DNA of 64,000 nt from Octopus sinensis (lineage: Eukaryota), in NCBI RefSeq assembly GCF_006345805.1, contig NC_043010.1:52886001-52950000 (forward strand). Reading direction: 5' to 3'. Made by a program: the position numbers and the translations under genes. Positions 53,291-64,000 of the stretch are shown one piece after another (the first letter of the stretch is position 1; each line of letters starts with the position of its first letter). The notes below the pieces were generated by a model that made no database searches, had not been told where the DNA came from, and worked only from the letters and a program-made list of their open reading frames with translations.

Positions 53291-53513
53291 GTGGTGTGTG
53301 TGTATGTGTGTGTGTTTGTCCCCCTAGCATTGCTTGACAACCGATGCTGGTGTGTTTACGTCCCCGTCACTTAGCGGTTCGGCAAAAGAGACGCCCGATA
53401 GAATAATTACTGGGCTTACAAAGAATAAGTCCCGGGGTCGATTTGCTCGACTAAAGGCGGTGCTCCAGCATGGCCGCAGTCAAATGACTGAAACAAGTAA
53501 AAGAGTAAAAGAG
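52625..53513. mobile_element. Head-to-head SINE-A pair
   Basis: Minus copy 52625-52995 and plus copy 53072-53513. Confidence 0.9.
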
Positions 53514-53553
53514 TATATATATATTTAAATTGTTGTAATGTTTACACACATAC

Positions 53554-53607
53554 GCGAGAGACAGAGAGGGGTCTCGACCTTTTGACAGTACAAAGAAAGG
53601 ACTGCAT
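53554..53607 (-). CDS. Candidate first coding exon (MQSFLCTVKRSRPLSVSR, phase 0), product unknown
   Basis: AAC-ATG, 18 open codons, C|GTATGT donor; upstream TCAGTT Inr-like motif (~53737) and TATA-like sequence (~53756-53774). Confidence 0.35.
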
Positions 53608-53647
53608 GTTAAAATTAGACAAGCTCTCTCTCTCTCCCTCTCGCTCT

Positions 53648-53697
<50 letters not shown>

Positions 53698-53825
53698 ATT
53701 CTATATCGAATGAAGAAAACCAGATCAATAACGAACTGAATACGCTTCAATTGCAATTTATATTTATTTAAATATATGCATTTATGTATGTATGTATGTA
53801 TGTATGTACAATCACATGTACGTAC

Positions 53826-54046
<221 letters not shown>

Positions 54047-54059
54047 GCTTATGTATTTT

Positions 54060-54380
54060 ATATCTGCGTACGATTGTGCATAGGCAGATGGTTTTCTTCT
54101 ACTAAACGCTAATCACCCGGAGAAAGAGAGAGGATGGGCAGGCAGAGGGAGATCTAGGGTAGTTGCAAAGAGGGAGGAGGGGGGAACGTAGGCTACGTGA
54201 CAGAAAACAATGCGCCAAACCAAGCACACGGCTGCGTTAACAATCACAGTGGGCAGCGGACAAAAGGAAAAGTTTTAAAGTTTTGTGCGCATGCGTAGAG
54301 CAACTATTTTGACTACTTTTTTTTCTTTCAACGTCGCAACTTTATCCCGCCCGCCGACAGACGTTTTGTGCGTGTGAATG
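54060..54380. promoter_or_regulatory. CpG-rich promoter-like segment
   Basis: TGCGCATGCG (NRF1-type palindrome) ~54286-54295, CCCGCCC GC-box ~54346, non-repetitive. Confidence 0.45.
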
Positions 54381-54749
54381 AGTGTATCTATATGGTGTAT
54401 ATAAGTTTGTGTGTGTGATGGCGTTGTATATACGTGTATAATTTTCTGTATACATGTTATACACGCATTCAGATATGTATATATATTTTATATATGATAA
54501 AATCTTTATAAGAATTTATCAAGTAGTTAACGTGAAAAAACCTAATAAAGTAAAAAATTTATTAATTAATCACTATAAATATATTTATTTATATTAAGGG
54601 CATTCATATATGTTTACACACGTATATATGTGTGTGTGTGAATGTATGCATATATTTTATGCTTATACGCACATACATCAATGATTATACACACAAGCAT
54701 ATACATATATATATAGTTTTCAGCTTATATGTTTGTACACACATACGCT

Positions 54750-55140
54750 TATATATATAAAGTTGAAGTTGTCTGTGTGTGGCAGGTTTGGTAGCCTTCA
54801 ACTAACACTATCTCCTCCGAGACCCTGCGGTGCAAGTTGACCAAAATTGAGAGTATGATAGAAGAAGGCTTACTCTTCATTCTGTAGAAGAAAAAAATTC
54901 AAACCAGACCATGTTAAGAGCAAAAATTATTTACATCAAAAAGGTGCTTTTTTAAAAATATAAATCCCTATTTTTTACGATATTTTGACTGCTGTGTCGC
55001 CATTTTTCGGTGTATTTCAACCAGGAAAATGTTCACTTAAAGAGAATAACAAGCTACATAATGCAAATTTTTTTACTTTTCAAAAATTCCAATTCTAAAG
55101 GGTCGAAACAAATCCGAGCAACGCCGGGCGATACAGCTAG
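54750..55140 (+). mobile_element. Non-autonomous Helitron
   Basis: Reverse complement of the 15458-15850 family; CCGAGCAACGCCGG hairpin and CTAG|T. Confidence 0.85.
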
Positions 55141-55701
55141 TATGTGTGTGTATTATACATATGTAACGGTTAGTTCTTTGGAAGGCTACACATATTTATT
55201 TATACGCACACATACGGTCGGCCAGTGGTTGTGTCTATGTAAATGTCTCTTTGTGTGAGAGAGTGTGTTAAGTGTTGGCGCAATGTGGTTTGCCGTTCTT
55301 GTTTAAACCCAGGTCAGCCGTGATCAAATAGACCTATGATAAAAAAAGTTTGCCAGCTGCGACCATACACAACCTTCTCTCTTTTTTTTTTTTTTTTGTC
55401 TATATACAAGGGACAGTAACCTGTAATTTAAAAGAGATTTAGCAGCAATTTATACCAAGCCAAACAATCACATAGTTATATGTCCACGTCTAAAAGCGAA
55501 TATCCATGTGTCTTAAATTTTAGCTTTCATCTATGTCGTTCTTTCGCCTCGGACCAGCTCTGAGCGAACAGATCTGTGACCGAAAGCTTTTCAGCATCAG
55601 CCATCCTGTCTCTGTTTGGCTGTATTGAGGACTACAGTGTCTATTATTTATTTATATATTTATTTATCTTTAGAGGCAATTATGCAGATAACCAAATTAG
55701 A

Positions 55702-56090
55702 TATTTCGTTTTTGGATTTGGTTTGCAAGATTCTTTAAATGAGTTCGTGTGTTGAAGCATATTCTGTTGTGTCTGTGGAGAGTCATTTTCTTTTTGTGTC
55801 TTATAATGTAACACACTCACCGGTAAAATTTCCACTTATTTCTTACTTCTCCTAGGGCTAAACAGCGGTGGTGTAACCCCCTACTGTCACGTTCACGTTA
55901 GATTGACAGTATACAACCATTCTATCGCCCCACCACCGTACATATCTCTATGAGAGATTCAGAAATTTAATATTTCTGATTCTTACTTTTTATTTTCCTA
56001 AAATTTTCGTTGCGTCTTGCAACCTTTTCAATAGCCTTGAGTGTGTTACATTATAAGACACAAAAAGAAAATTACTCTCCCCAGACACAA
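55702..56090 (-). mobile_element. Family P2 element with a ~130-bp insertion
   Basis: Matches the 14483 arm; partial inverted arm at 56038-56090. Confidence 0.75.
55998..56034 (-). ncRNA. Minimal type I hammerhead ribozyme motif (U3-A8)
   Basis: Minus strand CTA-TTGAAAA-G-GTTGC-AAGAC-GCAAC-GAA-AATT-T-TAG. Confidence 0.6.
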
Positions 56091-56449
56091 ATTAGATACA
56101 TTAAATATAACGGTTTGGGGATGAAATACAAAATATGTATATATGTATTCATGCAAAATGAAAGAACACAAAAGCTGGGGACTTTCAGACGATAAATATT
56201 TAAGTATAAATACAAATTTATATTAAAAGATGCGACTAACACAGGGTACAAACGACAGAGAAAATTAAAGGGGTGGAATACAGGTGTTATAAGTCCAACA
56301 GCTGTTTCTCGAGGTTCGGGGATCCAAGACAATAGTAAACGATTATTTTTTTTATATTTATAATTTTTTAAATTTTTGACATACATACACAAGCGTGTCT
56401 CCTCCATACGACTTTGTTTCCTCATAACTTTCAGAAAATTGGATATTTT

Positions 56450-56808
56450 TTACTCTTTTACTTGTTTCAGTCATTTGACTGCGGCCATACTGGAGTACCA
56501 CCTTTAGTCGAGCAAATCGACACCAGGACTTATTCTTTGTAAGCCCAGTACTTATTCTATCGGTCACTTTTGTCGAACCGCTACGTTACACAGCAGCATC
56601 GGTTGTCAAGCGGTGTTGGGGGGGGGCATATACAGACACACACACATATATATACATACGCATACATATATACGACGGGCTTCTTTCAGTTTCCGTCTAC
56701 CAAAACCACTGACAAGGGTTTGGTCGGCCCGAGGTTATAGTAGAAGACACTTGCCCAATATGCCACGCAGTGGGACTGAACCCGGAACCACACAGCCACT
56801 CCTGCGCC
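56450..56808 (-). mobile_element. SINE-A
   Basis: Reverse match to 35498 with small deletions. Confidence 0.85.
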
Positions 56809-57512
56809 TATTTTTTCATGAAATGTTTTTACAAATAAGTTTCATCAAAGTTTAATGTTGAAAAATTATTGGTGGGTGTGCACACATACACACTAATACA
56901 CAATTTTTTTCAAAATTTCATGATACGCATCGTATATATATCTCCAAAATTGGAGATATATATGTGATGTGTACTAGTATGTATGTATATGTGCGCGCCC
57001 ACCAATTTTAATATTTTTTTTACATCGAATTCCGATGTAATTGTACTCTACATCATCTGAAAGTTATTTATAGAAAATTTCATTAAAAACTGTCCATTTT
57101 CCTGAAAGTTATGAAGAAACAAAAGAAAGGAGTTAATGGTCACCAAACAATGGTTACGATGCGTCCAGTTTGTATAGATAATAGAGTGTATGGCGTTAGA
57201 TTATTACTTGGACTTTGGTCAGCCTTGATAGAACAGATCTCTACAATCAAAAATATTCCAGTGGTGTTTAATGATTCCAAGAAGAAAAAAGGAAAAGCCG
57301 AAAATTCATACACTCACATGTACGCAAATTTGCAATACTGTTGAATATGGTAATCGACTTATGCTCATTAAGCTTAACTATGGAAAGATACAAAAGACAT
57401 AATCGAGAATGTAAATAGTTTTATTATCAAACGTAACGGACTTACTGGCGTGTAAGACACGCACCCTTATTTTACAAATAAATTTTGTGGAAAAACAAAT
57501 TAAGTATATTTC

Positions 57513-57735
57513 AGCTGGCAGAAACGTTAGCACGCCGGGCGAAATGCGTAGCCGTATTTCGTCTGCCGTTACGTTCTGAGTTCAAATTCCGTCGAGATCG
57601 ACTTTGCCTTTCATCCTTTCGGGGGTCGATAAATTAAGTACTAGTTACGCACTGGGCTCGATATAATCGACTTAATCCGTTTGACTGTCCTTCTTTGTCC
57701 CCTCTGTGTTTAGCCCCTTGTGGGTAGTAAAGAAA
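57513..57735 (+). mobile_element. SINE-B, alternative 3' tail
   Basis: Same head and central block; tail TTTGTCCCCTCTGTGTTTAGCCCCTTGTGGG as at 38250 (minus). Confidence 0.8.
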
Positions 57736-58314
57736 TATATACTTCATATTTTAAAGTGATTTTATGAGGCCGCTCAAAACACTTCTCAAATTCCTAGAAG
57801 CTTTGTTTTTTTAAACTGAAATCAAAGTTGACCATAACAAGACTTGAACTCACGAGTACAAAGAGCCAGAACAAGTAGTGAGTAAACTTTCGGCTTATGA
57901 TCACAAAGTGAAAAGTGTAAAGCAATTGGCCGGCATTAAACGTCAATGAATGTGAAAGTTAACGTTATCTGATTTATTAGTGTAATGATATAGTTCGGAT
58001 GATTTATGACTAAAGCTTTTGAACGATTGTTTATGAAAGGTGATTTATAATGAAATGAAAATGAACGTGTAAATGATTTATTAGTAAACTATGAAAGCTA
58101 AAACTATTTAATTTGTAAGATAACATTGTCTAATACAATTTTAAAATTGCGTAAATTCGTTGTTTTTAATGGTTTTTGTATCAGCAAAATTCTTGTCGAA
58201 TGAGTTAGAAATATTATGTCTGAATGTTCCAGGCACAATGCAATATTTGTTTTTTAGTCTGTCATACGGTACTTTCTTTACTACCTGCTGGAATGAAAAA
58301 AAAGGTAGTCTGTG

Positions 58315-58436
58315 GTTTACAAATGGCCATATTACGTTGAATGCATGGATTCTTGTCCGATCACCGAAGTTAAGTAACGCTGAGCCTAGTGAGTACTTAG
58401 ATGGGCGACTGCTTGGGAAACCTAGGTGCTGTAAGC
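58315..58436 (+). pseudogene. 5S rRNA pseudogene
   Basis: GGCCATATTACGTTGAA..GTCCGATCACCGAAGTTAAG..AGTACTTAGATGGGCGACTGCTTGGGAA..GTGCTGTAAGC; short insertion near the 5' end and substitutions; T5 run ~10 nt downstream; solitary. Confidence 0.85.
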
Positions 58437-58451
58437 GTCACACATTTTTAT

Positions 58452-58848
58452 AGGCGTAAGAGAGGCTGTGTGGTAAGTAGTTTGCTTACGAACCGCATGG
58501 TTCCGGGTTCAGTCCCACTGCGTGGTACCTTGGTCAAGTGTCTTCTACAATAGCCTCGGGCCGACCAAAGCCTTGTGAGAGGATTTGGTAGACAGAAACT
58601 GAAAGAAACCCGTCGTATATATGTGTGTGTGTGTGTGTGTGTTTGTGTGCCTGTTTGTTCCCCAACATTGCTTGACAACTGATGCTGCTGTGTTTATGAC
58701 CCTATAACTTAGCAGATCAGCAAAAGAGACCAATAGAATAAGTACGAGGCTTACAAAAAATAAGTCTTGGGGTAGATTTGTTCGACTAATGGCAGTGCTC
58801 CAGCATGGCCGCAGTCAAATAACTCAAACAAATAAAAGAATAAAAGAA
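58452..58848 (+). mobile_element. SINE-A, full length
   Basis: Match to 35498. Confidence 0.88.
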
Positions 58849-59264
58849 TGTGTGTGTGTATACTATGTGGAGGGGCGTGGCTTAGTGGTTAGGGGTATCG
58901 GACTCGTGACCAGAAGATTGTGGTTTCAATTCCCGAGCGTGTTGTGTTCTTGAACAAACCACTTCATTTAACGTTGACCGGCAGAATTGAATATTCTTGT
59001 GATGGACTCATGTCCCATACAGTGGTGGTGTTGGTGGGGATATATGTGACCATGGAAACCAGGGAAGCCGGCCCTATGGGTCTAAAACTCAGGAAGGATC
59101 TTAAATAAATTACTATTGCATTGATTTTCCCAGCGATCTATAATGCTGCGAAGTCGGCTCGGCGTCCGAACTCAGAACATAAAGACCCGGAAGGTATGCC
59201 GTTAAACATTTTGTTTGGTGTATCAACGATTCTGCCAGTTCGCCGCTTTATTAAAGGAAAAAGT

Positions 59265-59825
59265 AGGTTTGGCAAGACTCCCTTTTGTACCCGACCAAAA
59301 ACACCCCTTTTTTATTTATTTAATTGTTATATCTACACAAACTCACATTTTCGGCTACAGAGAATATGAATCTGCAAAAAAATTGGCAAAAATCGGCATT
59401 TTGAAATTACCCCACCCCTCACTAAATTCTTCATTTTTAACCTTTTTTTAGAAAATTTTTGTTTTCAAAATACACAGAAAAATATGGAGATTATGATTCT
59501 GAAAAAAATTTCCCAAAGCTTTTCTATTTAGGGTTAGGGTTAGGGTCAGCATTTTAGGGTTAGGGTTTTAGGGTCACGGTTAAGGTTTGGGTTAGAGTTT
59601 TAGGGTTAGAGTTGGGGTTTTAGGTTTAGGGTTATGGCAAAAAGTTAAAAAAATGAAGAAGTTGGGGTGTAAAGGGGTGGGGCAGAAATATCGAAATTTC
59701 AATTTTTGGCAATTTTCTGGAATCTCCTTATCCGAAAATGTGGGTTTTTGGCCAAAAAAATTTTGTTAAAAAACCAATAATTTGCAAGAAAAGCAGGAAA
59801 GACGGGAGGAGGTCTTTCCGTAGGT
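59265..59825. mobile_element. Degenerate fold-back/MITE with internal TTAGGG-like repeats
   Basis: Imperfect inverted blocks (CACATTTTCGG / CCGAAAATGTG; AATTGGCAAAAAT / ATTTTTGGCAATT; CCCACCCC / GGGGTGGG; TTCTTCATTTTT / AAAAATGAAGAA) around TTAGGG variants at 59528-59635. Confidence 0.6.
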
Positions 59826-60979
59826 TTTTAAAGCGGTTTACACTCAAGTTCACATTGTTGTTGAAGATGCTAGGACAATTGCTGTAATAGTTGTTGTTGT
59901 AATAATTTAGCCTCAACCCCACCCCCACACACACACACACACACATACATTCACATGTCACGGTCGTTGTAGATATTGTATTTATTGATACAGTTTATGT
60001 TGTTGTTGTTATGGTTGCTGTTAATATTGTGTTTATTAATTCAGTTGATGTTGTTATGACTGTTGTTATTGTTGTCAATATTGTGTTTATTAATACGGTC
60101 GATCGTGTTGTTATGACTGTAGTTGTTGATATTGTGTTTATCAATGTAATTGATGATGATTGTACATTTGTTATTGTTGATATTGTTGTAGTTGTTGACA
60201 TGATTGTTGTTATGGCTGATTTGCTTCTATAGCTGTTGTTGTTGTCGATATGGTTGTTGTTGTCATTTATACAGTTGTTGTATTAGTTGCTGATATGGTT
60301 GTTCTTATTTATGTCGATACAATTGTTGTTATAACAATTGCTTTAGTTATCATTATTATCATTATTATTGTTGTTGTTGATACAGTTGTTGTTATGGATG
60401 TTATTGTTTAAAGCTATTGCTGAAACAGTCTTATTTTTCAGTATGTTTCATATTATTATTATTATTATTATTATTCATCTTGTTATTCATGTTGTACTTG
60501 ATATGGTTATTCCTGTTCTTCTGCAAAATTCTGAGAGGATCTATTCATCATTACCATTCAATAATACATTCACATTAACCCTTTTGTTATCGCATTTCTA
60601 TTGAAATACATAGGCTTTGTTTAAATTCATTTTGAAAATAAAGAAGAATTTTGTAAAATTTAATGTTTGGAGCATAAATTAGTCCTCGTAGTACGGTGGT
60701 GAGCTGGCAGAACTGTTAGCACGCTGGGCAAATTGCTTAGCAGCATTTGATCTGGCTTTATGTTCTCAGTTCAAATTCCGCCGAGGTCGACTTTGCCTTT
60801 CATCCTTTCGGGGTTGATAAAATAAATACCAGTTGAGTATTGGGGTCGATGAAATCGACTTACCCCTCCCCCCAAACTGCTAGTCATGTGCCAAAGTCTG
60901 AAATCAATGGTTAGTCCTCGAAGCAGAATTCCTGAAAGAGTTTTAAGTTCAGTTGGCATGAAAAGTGACTAGTACTCCA

Positions 60980-61527
60980 TTGGTTACCAACCCGGCCAAA
61001 ACTGCCTCTGGCTCTGTAGTACAAATGTCTTGTTTTCATAAGTTTTGAATTAAAATCTTCCACCAAACCTTAGTCACAATTTATGTTCCTAACACTAGCT
61101 TAATGATAACCAAGTTATTTTACTAAATTCTTTGTTATATCTAAAATAATTAAGAGAAACACAGAGCATTTCAAAATAAATACAGTAATGAAAGGGTTAA
61201 TAATCCTTTCTACTAAAGGCATAAGGCCAGAAATCTTGTGGGAGGGAACTAGTCGATTACATTGACCCCAGTGTTTCACTGGTACTTAATTTATCAACTC
61301 CAAAAGGATAAAAGGCAAAGTTGACCTCTGTAGAATTTGAACTCAGAATGTAAAAATGGACAAAATATCACTTAGCATTTTGCCTGGTATGTTAACGATC
61401 CTGCCAGCTTGCTGCCTTACACTAGCTTACTGATAACTAAATTATTTTACTAAATTCTTTCTTATATCTAAAATACTTAAGAGAAACACAGAACATCTCA
61501 AAGTAAATACAGTAACGAAAGGGTTAA
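60980..61527. mobile_element. piggyBac-like MITE, SINE-B (minus, 61200-61415) and duplicated MITE 3' half
   Basis: GAAAGGGTTAA termini at 61200 and 61527. Confidence 0.75.
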
Positions 61528-61634
61528 CAAGCAATTCCGATGGAAGGTTTTAACTTAGATCAATTTAAAGCAGGAAGTTTGGATTTTACAACAAGGGATA
61601 GTCTCGGAGAAATTAGTATCAAAAAGAGTTAATG

Positions 61635-61911
61635 CAGTGGTTCCCAAAGTGGGTCATACTTCTCCCCTGGGGTGGGGGTGGGGGAGATCCAAGGGGGTGT
61701 TGAAGAAAAAGGGGCAATAATAGGGTGGTCAAAAGGGGGCAATGGATGTAAAAAAAGACAATGAAATAATGGGTTAGTTAGGTTAAGTTTTACTTGTGAA
61801 ATACTGTAGTTTGTAATTTGTGGTAGAAAGTGGTCTCTGTTTGTGAGGGTTAGTTGGGCGGTGGGGGGGGGCACTAGGAATGTGGCCCTGAAAAAAATTT
61901 GGGAACCACCA
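61635..61911. mobile_element. hAT (Charlie-like) MITE
   Basis: TIRs CAGTGGTTCCCAAA / TTTGGGAACCACCA; TSD AGTTAATG / GGTTAATG (7/8). Confidence 0.78.
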
Positions 61912-61951
61912 GGTTAATGCTTAATGCTTACAATATGCTTGTTATAGTAAA

Positions 61952-62165
61952 GCGGTGAGCTGGCAGAAATGTTAGTACGCCAGGCGAAGTGCTTAGCAGT
62001 ACTTCATCTGTCTTCATCTGTCTGAGTTCAAATACCACCAAGGTCGACTTTGCCTTTCATCTTTTCAGGGTCAATAAATCAAGTACCAGTTGCGTACTGG
62101 GTTTGATCTAATCGGCTGGCTCTCTCCCCCAAAATTTCGGGCCTTGTGCCTAGAGTAGAAAAGAA
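61952..62165 (+). mobile_element. SINE-B
   Basis: Match to 38940. Confidence 0.85.
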
Positions 62166-62717
62166 TATGCTTGTTACAGTCCCAAGATTCCAATCATAAT
62201 GTTCAACCTTCATTCTTCAGCTGCCTGTCATATCCAGAAAGTTTTTTGGGAAATCCAAACCAAACCTTCTGTTAAATCCACAAGATCTGTGTGTTCTCAT
62301 TCCGTTGTCTGTATCAAGAACCAAGGAATATTCTCCAGCTTCTAAAGCAGCTGATTCATTCTTCTAAACCATTTAGCATACACATTATTCTGTCAAGTGT
62401 AATGCTTATTAATTCGTATTGTTTCGAATTAATCAAGCATTATCATGCAGCTTTGAGATTTCAATGACGTAATTGTTTAGTTTTAGAACGACACTGTGGA
62501 GTAGGCGTGAGAGGCCATATCTAACTGTTTTTTTAACATAAAATTGGTAGAATATCCAGCTCTGCTGTCTGCTTGGAGCTTGTCAAGCCATCCTACCCAT
62601 GTCAGTATGGAAAACAGATGGTAAATAATAATGATGATGATGATGATGATGATGGTGAGTTTAAATGCCAAAGGGTTAAACTCTTAGGTATATGTATGTA
62701 TATATGTGTATATGTGC

Positions 62718-62805
<88 letters not shown>

Positions 62806-62950
62806 TATATATATGAGATGTACTTGCATAGCAAGAGACTTGATAGGAGATCGTGTGCTGAAACAAAAACAATTGCAGCATGGGAGGTGTTTATAAGCTG
62901 TTTAAAAACACACAAAAACTGTTAGATTAAATATTTTCTTCATTTTGAAA

Positions 62951-62984
<34 letters not shown>

Positions 62985-63103
62985 AGAGAGAGAAAGCGAG
63001 ATAAAGAGATAGATAGACAGAGAGACAGACAAACAGATAGATAGATCGTGAGTCCGCTGCTCTAACCACTGGGCCACGTGCCTCCAGGTATATATATATA
63101 TAT

Positions 63104-63371
63104 ATATTGATAAAAACAGTAAGACAACAAAAGAAAGAAAGAGACCTCGATATTATGTAAATAGAGGAAATTTATCTGTAAATGTAATATCTGACAATTA
63201 TTCGGTAGCCATGATAAAACTCCGAGTTTCGGATGCTGAGGTGGAAATCCACGCCGCCATCTCTTCGTGTATCCGGATAACTGAAGAGATGGCGGCGTGG
63301 ATTTCCGCCTTGGCATCCAAAACTCGGAGTTTTATCATGGCTACCGAATAATTGTTACATGTTACATTTAC

Positions 63372-63376
<5 letters not shown>
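63104..63376. mobile_element. Fold-back element with canonical hammerhead (family P6)
   Basis: Arms 63173-63376; (TA)n on both sides. Confidence 0.75.
63276..63336 (+). ncRNA. Type I hammerhead ribozyme motif
   Basis: GATAA-CTGAAGA-GATG..CATC-C-(G)AA-ACTCGGAGT-T-TTATC; G12 is lost by CpG decay in this arm but intact (GTTTCGG) in the left arm. Confidence 0.62.
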
Positions 63377-63407
<31 letters not shown>

Positions 63408-63529
63408 TTTGCAATTAAGGACAACTACTTAATAAGGAAAACTTAACAAGAAATTGTCAGGTAGATAGCGTAAAAACCTCATAAGAGAAAAAATTCGAAA
63501 ATAATTATTTCTTATTGAACATATTAATT

Positions 63530-63733
63530 TATATATAGAGGGCATAATTATACATACATGCCAGGAGGCATTATATATACTGCCAAACGCTAAGAGGGAC
63601 AATCAGTCATTTCTACCAAAAATATTACTAATAGTAATATTTTTGGTAGAAATGACTGATTGTCCCTCTTAGCGTTTGGCAGGTATATATAATGCCTCCT
63701 GGCATGTATGTATAATTATGCCCTCTATATATA
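63530..63733. repeat. Near-perfect ~200-bp palindrome in TA-rich sequence
   Basis: TAGAGGGCATAATT..AATATTACTA-A-TAGTAATATT..AATTATGCCCTCTA, one indel. Confidence 0.92.
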
Positions 63734-63908
63734 AATATATATATATATTATATATACAGATAGATATAAGTTCAGCAAAAATTTAGATTCCAATGAATAT
63801 GGTACTTAATTTAGATGCACCAGAATTCTGTATGGTGTTATCCATATAAATTCATGGGGTGATTATAATCAAAATAAGCAACCGGAGTCATTCTTGTGGC
63901 TTATTTTG

Positions 63909-63947
<39 letters not shown>

Positions 63948-64000
63948 AAAACGGCTATTCACAATTTAGAACTGATAGGCACCAAGCACAGTTGCCACTA

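Noticed and set aside
59528-59635. True telomere
   Set aside because: Short, degenerate and internal

Overview
AT-rich eukaryotic non-coding DNA, saturated with microsatellites ((TA)n, (CA)n, (TAGA)n, (GAT)n, (ATT)n). The SINE repertoire and 5S sequence resemble a cephalopod, probably octopus (inference from recalled repeats, not a database hit). Nearly all listed ORFs are artefacts of simple repeats. Supported content: at least four high-copy SINE-like families; non-autonomous Helitrons; piggyBac-, hAT- and mariner-type MITEs, several nested; an internally deleted mariner; a 5'-inverted Penelope-like (PLE) GIY-YIG fragment; a ~550-bp element found only in (AAT)n tracts; and a 5S rRNA pseudogene. 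The most striking signal is a set of sequence-unrelated short elements, mostly ending in (TA)n and often fold-back palindromes, each carrying a minimal type I hammerhead ribozyme motif. Across families the core 3-8 pair covaries (C-G, G-C, U-A), and one family has a tRNA-derived head on a hammerhead-bearing tail. Weaker evidence suggests a minus-strand host gene with several tiny alternative ATG-containing first exons and a CpG-rich promoter near 54 kb. All coordinates were read by eye and may be off by a few bases.
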